This document shows, piece by piece, positions 13,946 to 24,524 of a DNA stretch of 64,000 nucleotides. A program made the translations under genes and the position numbers. Position 1 is the first letter of the stretch; each line of letters starts with the position of its first letter. Where the stretch lies: positions 1,488,001-1,552,000 of the forward strand of contig CM039005.1 in assembly GCA_017499595.2 (NCBI GenBank), given 5' to 3'. This stretch comes from Psilocybe cubensis (Eukaryota). Below the pieces are notes generated by a model. That model was not told the DNA's origin, did no database searches, and saw nothing but the letters and a program-made list of their open reading frames with translations.

Positions 13946-14659
13946 TTAACAGATTTCCAATGGTTCAACGTCAACCTGTAAATTGGAATTCTGAGCTGCG
14001 GGAGCGTAGCCTAAAGAGAAATATTAAGCGCCCAAACTCTATCAGGCGAAGAAGATCATAGCGTACCCTCGACCTGTCCACTTGTGACCTGGCATCCATT
14101 AACAATCGCCTGGGCACTGATAGCCACGTCGGAGCTGGACCAAATCTTTAATCAGAGAGAGAATTCACAACGGCGAAAGCGAATGAATTATACATACCAC
14201 CAGGAGTGCACCTCTTGACCATTACCCCATATGTTCGTACCGCAGATGCTTGCATCTCCTGATACGCAGAAACTTATTACGCCGGGATTGGCTGGGACCC
14301 CACAGTCGGTGGTGCCGAGGTTAGCCAAGTAATTGACACACGCTTGCGCATTGCCCACGGAGACAGTGGAACCGCCTGCTATGCAGACAACTAAGAATTC
14401 AGCGCTGTCGGAAAATGCTTCTAAGGGGTGGAAACAATTATTTCATGCAATTTTTATTCAATAAGAATGGGATTCACGTACTACTCATGGTGCGATTGCG
14501 ATGCAGATCGGCGGAGGTCAACCCAAGGGATTCTAACGAGGGTAATCCTGGCCCGGGAATGACCTCTGGATAATCTGGCTCGTTTGAAGGAGAGGGGGTA
14601 GCATTAGTGCATGTTATGGCTGAGACCCAGAGACAAATTGAAAGATATCTGAAATGCAT
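13946..14659 (-). CDS. Small secreted cysteine-rich protein (4 exons)
   Basis: Signal peptide; PEVIPGPGLPSLESLGLTSADL propeptide-like motif; exon 2 ...NAQACVNYLANLGTTDCGV...FCVSGDASICGTN; exon 3 SDVAISAQAIVNGC; last exon YAPAAQNSNLQVDVEPLEIC* with canonical splice sites. Confidence 0.75.
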
Positions 14660-15629
14660 TATCCCTATATATATTCATGAGACTCTGTCTTCTTTTCACG
14701 TTTCGTACTTCACCTTTGTTGTAGGGAAGTTTAAGAGAGCAGAAGTTTACGTTGGATAGATGTCCATTGACATTTTATACATGAAAAAAATGCTGGCAGA
14801 GCGTAGTGAATCACGTATGCCACGGTTTGCATCAGGTGCCCACAAGTATGTGTTGAATGTTTAGCAGGATGTTGTCGCTCATACGCCAACTGAGCCGTTA
14901 TCTCAGCAATCCAGGTTTCGAGTGATAAGCGTAGGGAGCTATCAGGGGACTTTAGACATTAAGAAGCAACAAGTTCGGAGAAAATTTGAAGGGTCAGTAA
15001 ATCTAGGTGAATTATTGAGTCCGTCAAAAACCTAAAGCATGGCACAGGCTCAATTTGACCTGAACGCACGGTTCAGGCTGGGAGACCTACGTAAAATCCA
15101 TGAGTCGACGGGTTTCTCGTACAACGAAGAAGCTAAGAAGCCTTTGAGTATGCATCTGCAACCATGCATATACAGTAGACAGATAAAAATAAAATCGACG
15201 GATTGCCACGTTCGCGTGCTTTGTCGATTTCTATCAAGACACATCTTGATGATGTCCAATGATCCAGTTGTTATTATTGGATCCCAGAACAGCGAGAATG
15301 ACCCATACAGACAGACTGAGCTACCTCGAGTACGATTGAGATTAATGAAATTTCAGAGAATAAGAATAAACTCATTGATATTTTCCATTCATGAATTCGA
15401 TAAATGTTGAACAGTCTCAACTGCGAAGAGATCTCATTTGAGTCCTGATGGATCGAATCATTGCGGTGAATGAAGATGATGGATAGGTGGGAATGGATCC
15501 AGCAAAAAATGGATGTTGCATTCGTCCATCCATCTGTCTATAGTTCGATTGGTAGTTCAAGGAAGAGGGACAGGACAATAGCAGAGAACAATCATTTCCA
15601 GGTCATGGTGGGTGAGTATAAATGCAGCC

Positions 15630-16540
15630 AGTGAGGATCCAGAGACGAAAGGAAGAGATATACAACGGGCATGGACAAGGCAAATGCAGAGTACATGTGC
15701 CTTGAACGGACAGAAATTCAAGGTGTGAACAAGGCGGTGATGCCACAGCTCATAACAGAGTGTAGTTGATAAGTTGCGCCTTGAAGCTTGAAAATCATCA
15801 CGATTCGCGTGCGGCACAGCGGGTGATCGTGATCTAGCAAGGACCGAGCATCCTCTGCACATTGTTATATTCCTTCAAAAGACAGATGCATAGAAGAAAA
15901 AAAAGCGCGTCGATTGGTTGTCTAGAAAAGCAAGAAAACGTGCATATAGTCAGGGTACAAATTGACGAAACACCCACCCAAAATCTAGGCGCTTTCAGCG
16001 TACTGTCTGTCGCTTGAGGACACATCAACATCTCGAACCATGCCCTCGCCGGCATCTGCTTTGTTACTCCTACTTCCATCCATCTTCGCCATACAGGCTC
16101 TCTCTCGCTCTCTACTCTCTTCTCCACCTTTTGCATCCGCTCTTGCTCCGAGAGCTCATCTCAAGATCTACACGTGTCCTTTGGGAATGCGGTTCGTGGT
16201 TGGCGAAGAGTATCTCTTTGAGCACGGAGGTGCACAATTCGGAGATGTCATACATCGCATCGCGATGAGCTCTGCGGGCATCAGCGGAGGCGCTGGCGGT
16301 GGTGTGGGTGTGCGGGTGTTGGCGATTCCAAGAGTAAGTAAGAAGGCATCGACGGAATGGTGAGTCTATGGTGGTAGATGTGTATGTGCATGCGCATGCG
16401 CGTAACTGTGCGCATGAGGGAACATCTGTGGGTGCGTATATGTCGGGAGAGGAGTGCCAACCTGAATGTCAGAGCCCATTTTTACAATCTGGGTGGTTGT
16501 AAAAAGAAACAAAAAAACATCAATCTAACTCCAAAGTCTG
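15630..16540 (-). pseudogene. Decayed, internally deleted copy of the FYVE/RING gene at 24525-27058
   Basis: Shared strings include GAGCATCCTCTGCACAT, GCAAGAAAACG, CGCGTGCGGCA and ATCCAGAGAC (3' UTR), plus a GC-rich middle segment, in the same order and orientation; the reading frame is broken. Confidence 0.75.
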
Positions 16541-16662
16541 GAACTAAGACAGCCTGAAGAGCAAAAATAAGAAGTTACCTAGTAAAACAAGGTGATAGGA
16601 TATGGGTACTGCAATGTTGCGGTGCGAGGCGCTAGAGCTTGAAGTTTGAAGTTTGAAGTTTG

Positions 16663-16878
16663 ACACTGCTGGCTCTGATACATATTTGATAGAAAAATAT
16701 GTATCGGTAATTATGTTTCCTGTTAGTTTTTGACGTATTTTTCTTGTATATAGAGTCCGGGGTTACCCAATTAGGGAAGCCCAAAGCCTATATTCCAATA
16801 AAATACGTCAAAAAAATGTAGGAAACATAATTACTGGGTCTTATTTTCTTTGAAAATATATATGAGCGCCAGTGGTGT
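16663..16878. repeat. ~215 bp imperfect palindrome (foldback / MITE relic)
   Basis: GTAATTATGTTTCCT vs AGGAAACATAATTAC and TTTTTGACGTATTTT vs AAAATACGTCAAAAA are symmetric about GGTTACCCAATTAGGG. Confidence 0.75.
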
Positions 16879-16919
16879 GAAGAACTCTAATTTGCCCGTC
16901 GGGTTAATGTTTGCGCAGC

Positions 16920-17440
16920 AAAACATCAATCGGATCATTTTCGGATCATGCCGATAATAATCGGACTACGAAAATTGATACTTTTTACGTCAGAACATTG
17001 TGGACATGGTCAATTTTGTGTGATTGTCCTTGGTTGAGTGTCGAAATTTTGGTGTCTGAGATACTTATTGATCTTGCGCACAAAATCAGTCTTCTCAGGA
17101 TCTGCCCGTGTATCGCGGTTACGGGGCTTATGAAGAGAACCGCTTGGTGCGCGGACATGCCTCATGCTGATATGTCGGATAGCGCCATCGCAAGGAGATT
17201 GTTGAGAGAGGCGAGGAAGGTGGTAGCTTGTCTGAAGGACCAGAGCAAGAAGGCATCTAGTATACTACAAAGTGGTAATTCAAACCTTTGTTGCGCGTAG
17301 AGGCTTTGTTTGCACGTATACACATCAATCGGAACATTTTGCGGACTTGATGGGAATGAATCGGACTACAAAAACAGAATTTCATCAGAAACTTTTGGAC
17401 GGACCATGTTTGGGTGTGCACGACTTTCAAATTGTCAAAA
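16920..17440. repeat. Degenerate ~100 bp direct repeats spaced ~400 bp apart
   Basis: ACATCAATCGGA(T/A)CATTTT...AATCGGACTAC occurs at about 16923 and 17322. Confidence 0.55.
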
Positions 17441-17659
17441 TTTGTAATTTCTTTCAGACTTACCGACCTAATTCAACATTTTCATAGTAAAAATGAAATA
17501 AGGTTTTCCATGGATATGTTTTCACTCAATACAAAATCTACGCGGAGCTTGAAATAAGTGAGCCAAAAATGGAAGGTGTAACTTTTATTCGGCAATTACC
17601 AGAGTGGCCGGATTACCGCAAACATACTTAGACGTAATCTCGGCTCCAGATGTTTGGGA

Positions 17660-18980
17660 GAGCTCCGGCGGAGAATGAAAGCGGAGTCAAAAATTCTGAC
17701 GAAAACCGTTGCAAATCGCTCTCCATAACATCTGTAGTCTCGGCCTCCCATCCTCTTTCGGATTGGTTACCCAATATGGGTAACCCATTGTAAGAGTCTG
17801 GGATATAACCAACGGTCGCAACATACCATTGCGTTCGTGGTTTTCTTGCATTTCCTTGGCACCTTTTCAACAACTGTGCTGTCAAATCAAAGGTGATCTT
17901 TGCCTTAGAAATTCAAGGAATGGTCAACCATGTAATGTCATTGCTATTGTTTCTCCTAATGTCCTATATTATGCACACAGGCATTCTCATAAAAAATGCT
18001 TTCCGTCTCAAAAGTGAAAATGGTTGATCCAAACATTGCTTACAATACTTACAGTTATATTTATTATGATTCTAAGTAAAGAGTAAAGTAGTATGGATCC
18101 TGTACATGTGTATAAAATAGTGGTAGGGGCAATGTTTTTTGGCCAGCAGATATGCCAAGGAAATGCGAGAAAACCACGAACGCAATGGTATGTTGCGACC
18201 GTTGGTTGTGACCCAGACTCTTACGATGGGTAACCCATATTGGGTAACCGATCCGAAAGAGGATGGGAGGCCGAGACTATAACATCTGGTGCAATTGCAT
18301 CAGTAAAGATGCGGACAGCCCCTGTTGTCACATCAGTCACACTCTCACTTCCTTTTCATCGCTCAATCAATGCTTCTCATACTCCCCGTTCTCCTTGTTA
18401 ATAGACAATTTACTCACTAATAATCACTCTTGACTTACTGGATGATAATAAATACAATATTATTTGATTTCAGTGAAATCCAATTAAGCTAGCCTTATTT
18501 TGATGTCTTGGTGCATCCACTTCTAACTGACAATTATTCAAGGAGTGTGAACTCGCAGAGTGAGTACCCGGCCTGGTAATGCTGTAACATCAAACCTTTG
18601 CTTTTCTACCCTAATTCTACTGTCCCATTCAGCCTAAATATATTAGATCCTCACACTTAACACTTGAGGTTAGTACCTGTACATACTACACGGGCTACAG
18701 CCGTAGAAGTCTTCCAACGGAAATTTTATAACATTTTCGGCCGCAACTGGGCACTTTACATACTTGAGATTACAGATATGGTAAGATATAATATTCAAAC
18801 GAAGAGAACTGTTGTCTTTGGACCAAAAATCCTGACTTAGACGGCGTCAAGTCGATGCGTGAGCACGGCGTGACATGTCCGCATCTTTACTGATGCAATT
18901 GCACCAGACGTTATAGGGCACATCTCCCCGATCAGATTTTGCAGAATTTTTGACTCCGACTTTGATCTCCGCCTATTAGT
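17660..18980. mobile_element. Older non-autonomous TIR element whose left arm is interrupted by a MITE (boundaries approximate)
   Basis: Rejoined left arm CGGAGTCAAAA..TAACATCTGGTGCAATTGCATCAGTAAAGATGCGGACA is the reverse complement of TGTCCGCATCTTTACTGATGCAATTGCACCAGACGTTA...TTTTGACTCCG at about 18877-18960. Confidence 0.65.
17735..18279. mobile_element. 545 bp MITE with 127 bp TIRs (TAGTCTCGG...CCGAGACTA) and 9 bp TSD TAACATCTG
   Basis: TIRs 17735-17861 and 18153-18279 differ at 7 positions; TSD at 17726-17734 and 18280-18288. Confidence 0.92.
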
Positions 18981-19249
18981 CCCGGGCCTCTTGCAGGAGG
19001 GGAGATCGTGCCCTATAACGGATGGGAACGAGACTAACTTAGACGATGTGGTGAAGACTTGGTTCATGAGCACGGAGGCATGTTGGGATTCTTAGAGAAT
19101 AAAAAGACGCCTCTTCCAAATTATTTCAATAAAATCTTGAATATTCCATCGTCACTGTCAACTGGAGCATTACCTAACAATGTCTGTGGGTATTGTACCA
19201 TAACAATAGTACTGCCAAAGTTCAACCCAACTACTTAAGTGTAAAAACC

Positions 19250-20923
19250 CTAACGTTGCACCCTTCTGTCTGTGGCCATATGGCTATCTGAATCAGATGA
19301 ATGGAGGAGTGAATTGTTGGTTATCGAAGATATATCTGAATTGTTGTCATTTGAAAGTGTGATCCGTGCAACTAAAACTAGTGGTGCAGTTCCCTGTAAA
19401 ACACCGGAGATCTTGAAATTTAGTTTAGCGGAGCTTAAATACAACTACTTACTGCAATAAATGCAACAATTGTATTTTCATAGCTATTAGCTCTATTCAG
19501 CGGGCAACTTTCAAATTCATCAGGTCCAACGTCTGTCATGAGCCCATTGACTAGTCAGACACTGTTATCAGATTCAGAAATGTTGAGGTACCGTTTATGA
19601 CCATGATGAACACATAGACCAGTAAGGCAATAGCGTGTATAATGCATGATTCCAAAACAATTCGCACAATATTCGACAGGCGCTGTTGAGATTTACGGAA
19701 CGAATTCTTGGAGGCTGTATGGATCTTGTACGCAATGAGAATTGAGCAAGTTATTGTAGCGCCAAATGAGATGAACAAAGGAAGCATTATCCAGAAACCC
19801 GGGAGATTTTCATACATGGTTGCGACTCCAAATGTACCTGCAACATCTTGTAGTTAGAACTTGTCTTTTTCCAGAAGTAGTTCATATTACACACCAATTT
19901 CAGCGAGTATTAGAGCTAAGGGCACAATAATGGCAAGTTTGGAATTTCCCCAGACATGGTAACACCTCCAGACCTGTTATGCAGATTAGAGAAAGTACAA
20001 TACCCCTCTAATGCGGCTTTTAACCTACTGTCAGGGTTTCTCCAGTTTCCCCTCTTTATCTTCACAGAATTATCTTATCCTTTCATTATCTTATCAATTA
20101 TCTGATTAGATAGTTTATTTCTTTCATCACAGCCTTCTTGCTCCACTTCTTTCTAGTAAATTCTATATGATTCCTAGTCTTACTCATTCTTTTTCTATAT
20201 GATGTCACTTTTATTCTTTAACCTTCCTTTATGATGTAATGTAGAGAATATTCTAGAATAGCTGTAGAGTATAAATACTGGACTTGTAGGTAGCTGTAGC
20301 TTCAGCTTCAATCTCTTAGGATATCCACTATCATTGGTGTGATCTCTTAGAACCATTGAATCTCTCTCACTCTCTTATTCTCTCTTTGCTCTCTGACTCT
20401 CCCTCTGCTCTCTCTCTCTCTCTTGCTTAATCTTTGTTGGTGGCCTTGTCACACTGATTATAGTGTTGCCCTGACACCTACCAACAATATGTCAGCCACA
20501 ATCAGCACCCCATTAAATGCAGATGCCCGTATTAATGCGCAATTTCTACAAGTATAGGATTTGAAAAAGATCCCATAGAAAACAACTGCAAAAGAGATAA
20601 AATGTGTAAAACCGAAGTCGATATAATGACCATTAAAGACCGAGTATTCTGGGGTTTTCTAGAAACTGGATAAATCAAAGTCCTTTTTGTGAGCTTAATC
20701 CATTTGACGAATGCTCGTAAATGCTGGAGTATTCTGGACATACTGTAAATATACATTGTTGCGACATAAATTATGGTTTGTAATCCTGCATTTTAAAATC
20801 GGATAAAAATTAAGTGTCATTAAATTTTTGAATGTCTCTACCAATTAAGAAACTATAACACATATCCGAGTTGATCGTGGCAGACGTGAGACATAGTTCC
20901 GGGATTGAGTATTGTATGTCCAT
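19250..20923 (-). pseudogene. Multi-pass membrane protein of an agaric 7TM-like family, disrupted
   Basis: Family-type motifs IVADILL|VWRCYHVWG, IVRIVLESC and GTAPLVLVARI; frameshift near 20535; 77 bp insertion with an in-frame stop at 19501-19577; solo LTR in an intron. Confidence 0.75.
20029..20476 (+). mobile_element. Solo LTR (448 bp)
   Basis: Termini TGTCAGGG...CCCTGACA; 5 bp TSD CCTAC at 20024-20028 and 20477-20481; internal TATAAATA followed by a CT-rich tract. Confidence 0.9.
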
Positions 20924-21299
20924 AGCTTGCAGACAATTCTGGGGTGTTATGAGGAGAGATGGAGGTGAACCTGCAACATCTACTCAAGATATACCTCTCT
21001 GATCTCTATTTAGCAATGATTCACGGTACAGAAATGAGTATACTGAGGATATGCAACCAGTATCACCATAACAAATACCTATGATCTGTTGGTTACCACA
21101 TTGAACTATATATTTAAAGTACATATCCGCAGAGCCTCGTACAGTACGCTGGAGACTATCTGATTATCGCAACATTACAGCCATATTTGACCCATCTGGC
21201 GACGATAGCTGTCTGGCAAAGATCAACAAGGCAGAAGATGATGAGGTCCAGCTGCTATGGCATGGGAATATGTTGATCAAAGCACCAGCGTAGCTTCAT

Positions 21300-21345
21300 T
21301 CACAATCCGCGTGCGGCATATAGCGGGCTCCCCATAGTGATCTAC
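21300..21345 (-). pseudogene. Second short relic of the RING gene's last exon
   Basis: 21 bp exact match TCACAATCCGCGTGCGGCATA to 24560-24580. Confidence 0.55.
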
Positions 21346-21596
21346 GTGCCGTGTGACCTATCGCAAGATAAAACAGCATCCCAGCGACGTAGGAGTGGAC
21401 CGAATGAACGGTGTTACTAGCGTCAATACAAGTTGACAAAGACATGCTTGCATTTTTTCATTTGGTATATTAAAAAGCGCAATATCAAAATTCCATACAA
21501 GTAGAAGAAAAACGTGTGAAAACGTCTAGTACGAGAGGGGTGGTATGATAGTACAAGCGTACGTTGTAAAAAAAGTAAATAGTACGATGTGTGCTG

Positions 21597-23947
21597 TATG
21601 GCTGCCCAAGTGGGGAAATATTTCCCGTAAATATAATTTCCTTATTTTTGAGAAGTGCGTCAAGAATAGAACAAAATTTATGCGCGGAAACATTTGTTTG
21701 GTGCCCGGATTGATTTCGAGGTAAATTTGACGAGTCCGTAAACAAAATTGACTGCGCGGAAACATATTTTTCGCATAATTTACATGCGCGAGTGCATTAT
21801 GGTCTCCCCAAAATATATTTACTGTGTAAAATACATGCGCGTAAATACATTTTGCGCACTGAACAAACCTATGGCTGCCCAAGTGGGGAAATATTCCCCG
21901 TAAATATAATTACCTTATTTTTGAAAACTGCGTCAAGAATAAAAAAAAATTTGTGCGCGGAAACATTTGTTTGGTGTGCAGATTGCTTTCTGGGGCAGTT
22001 TGATGATTCCGTGAACACAATTGGCTGCGCGGAAACATATTTCAGACGTAATTTGCAAGTACGAATGCATTATTTCTACCTTAAATTACATTTAACGTGT
22101 AAATTACATGCGCGTAATTATATTTTGTGCGCCAAACAAACCTTTCAATGCGCGGAAAACAATATTCGAAATGTCCATTTCTTGACCAAGGCGGCCAGCC
22201 GCGATTGCCGTGATTATGTAAATTGATCCATGATGGCACTTCGGCACATGCTCATGGAGTTAGAGCTCCGACTGAAGGCATAACCTATAATTTAAATACA
22301 AAGGGTCGTTTTCTTTTACAGCCATTTATGAAGTACTATGGTCAGTAATTACACTTTTACTCATTAAATATTGCCTTGGTATGACTTTATAGTCCTATAT
22401 AGACATGCTTAACTTCACAGACGTGCAAGGTACAGGCAAAGACGTACTGACTGATGATTTTCCCACAATATATGCAGTTTCTCTGAGATGGTGCACAAGC
22501 TGCACCACCAATGGGGAGCTTTCATAAGCACCAGATAGGTGTTATTAGATATAAATAACCCAAAACTTGTTTATACCTTACCCTACAGAATGGTAATAGC
22601 AAGACGACTATTACACAGGACAGTCGGAGCTCTAACTCCATGAGCATGTGCCGAAGTGCCATAAAGGATCAATTTACATAATCACGGCAATCGCGGCTGG
22701 CCGCCTTGGTCAAGAAATGGACATTTCGAATATTGTTTTCCGCGCATTGAAAGGTTTGTTTGGCGCACAAAATATAATTACGCGCATGTAATTTACACGT
22801 TAAATGTAATTTAAGGTAGAAATAATGCATTCGTACTTGCAAATTACGTCTGAAATATGTTTCCGCGCAGCCAATTGTGTTCACGGAATCATCAAACTGC
22901 CCCAGAAAGCAATCTGCACACCAAACAAATGTTTCCGCGCGCAAATTTTCTTTTATTCTTGATGCACTTTCCAAAAATAAGGTAATTATATTTACGGGGA
23001 ATATTTCCCCACTTGGGCAGCCATACAAACCTTTCACTGTGCGGAAAACATTATTCACAGTCACTGATTCTTATGTGAAGTGGGAAGCCGTGATTGCCGA
23101 GATTATGTAAAATGATCCAAAATGGCACTTCGGCAGACGTAAATGAGTTCAATCTCCGACTGTTCAATTTCGCTTTGCTTGCAGTCACTAATCCTCTTTC
23201 ACATTTGTCATTGCTGTGCTCGGTGTCTTAGTACCCATTAATTATTGTTGAATAAATGTCTTTCTATGTTTTTAAATCGTATTTAACTATGCCTGACTCT
23301 ACAGATGCACCAATGCACATACCACACACACAGATGTACTGATTGATGTCTTTCCCACAGTTATTTTTACACAGTACCAGAGGTGTCTTAAATGGCGTAC
23401 AGGCTGTACTACTAATGGGGAGTCCTCAAAGTGACCTGTAGTGTATAGTTGACACATATGTACTACTACAGAAGCTGTTATATCTCTCTATAAAGTGGTA
23501 ATGAATAGAGAATAGCTATTTATTTTGTAGAAAACAGTCGGAGCTTGACCTCATTTGCGTCTGCCGAGCTGCCATTTTAGATTATTTTACATAATCTCGG
23601 CATAACGGCTGGTGACTTTAGGCTAGAAATAGTGCAACTGAACAATGTTTTCCGCGCATCGAAATATTTGTTTGGGGCTCAAAATGTTTTTACGCGCATA
23701 GGATTTATGCATTAAATATAATTGAGGGCAGTAAAAATTTACATGCGCTAGCAAAATATGTCCAAAATATGTTTCCGCGCAGTCAAATATGTTTCCGCGC
23801 AATCAAATATATTTACGGCTAAGCTAGAAAACAATCTGCGCACTCAAAAAATGTTTCCGCACTCCAACATATTTTTTACAAATTCACGCAGTAAGAAAAA
23901 TACCTAAATAAGTTTACGGGGAATATTTCCCCACTTGGGCAGCCATA
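21597..23947. mobile_element. Outer MITE (about 1.19 kb net of the nested copy) with ~400 bp TIRs and 5 bp TSD TGCTG
   Basis: Ends TATGGCTGCCCAAGTGGGGAAATATT / AATATTTCCCCACTTGGGCAGCCATA; TSD at 21592-21596 and 23948-23952; arms diverged from each other. Confidence 0.9.
21870..23025. mobile_element. Inner MITE of the same family (1156 bp) with near-identical ~405 bp TIRs and TSD CAAACC
   Basis: TIRs 21870-22274 and 22621-23025; TSD at 21864-21869 and 23026-23031; GCGCGGAAACA subterminal repeats. Confidence 0.93.
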
Positions 23948-24524
23948 TGCTGTGCAGCTTGCTCGATTCTCGATTCGTCCGTCGACGAGATGAATATTGA
24001 TATACAAAAATGGGTACAGATAATCTCAAGCGTGCAGCTTTAAACTGTAGAAGTGCAGTACATGAAAAGTGTAGTCAGAATATGAAAATTAGGAGATATG
24101 TGTCCCTAAAAACGGACGATGCATGTGACAATGAAATGAAAAGAAAAAGATATTGGAATACAGGGTGAGTTTGATAGAAGAAGGAATATTCGGTGATGCC
24201 GACGACGGGCTGAGTACAAGTCGTCCCACGGCGTCACGGTGAATAGAGACTGGCGGGATACGGGGCGGTAAATAGAATCAGCAGACATCCGCCCGCTCAT
24301 CTATGTGTGGAATTACGGTTCAAGAAAAGAAGACAATAGAGGGAGGGGATAATAGATTTGGAACGTCAGAGTGCCAGTGAGCGAGTGAGTGAGTATCGAT
24401 ACACAGAGTGGAATATCCAGAGACCAAAAAATGAAAGAGAGAAAGTGGATAGGAACAATGCAGATGCTGAGCGCTGAATATGAATAGTTCAGGATTGGGT
24501 ATTTCCCATGTTGTATTTCTTATG

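Noticed and set aside
15445-15552. Weak hairpin (GATGGATAGG...CCATCCATC)
   Set aside because: Low-complexity GATG repeats with poor pairing
21792-23064. Two ORFs (21792-22226 + and 22669-23064 -) encoding near-identical peptides
   Set aside because: They are mirror translations of the MITE TIRs and show no transposase motifs
21597-23947. Repeated GCGCGGAAACA motifs resembling a CRISPR-like array
   Set aside because: They are subterminal repeats inside TIRs of a eukaryotic element, with no unique spacers or cas genes
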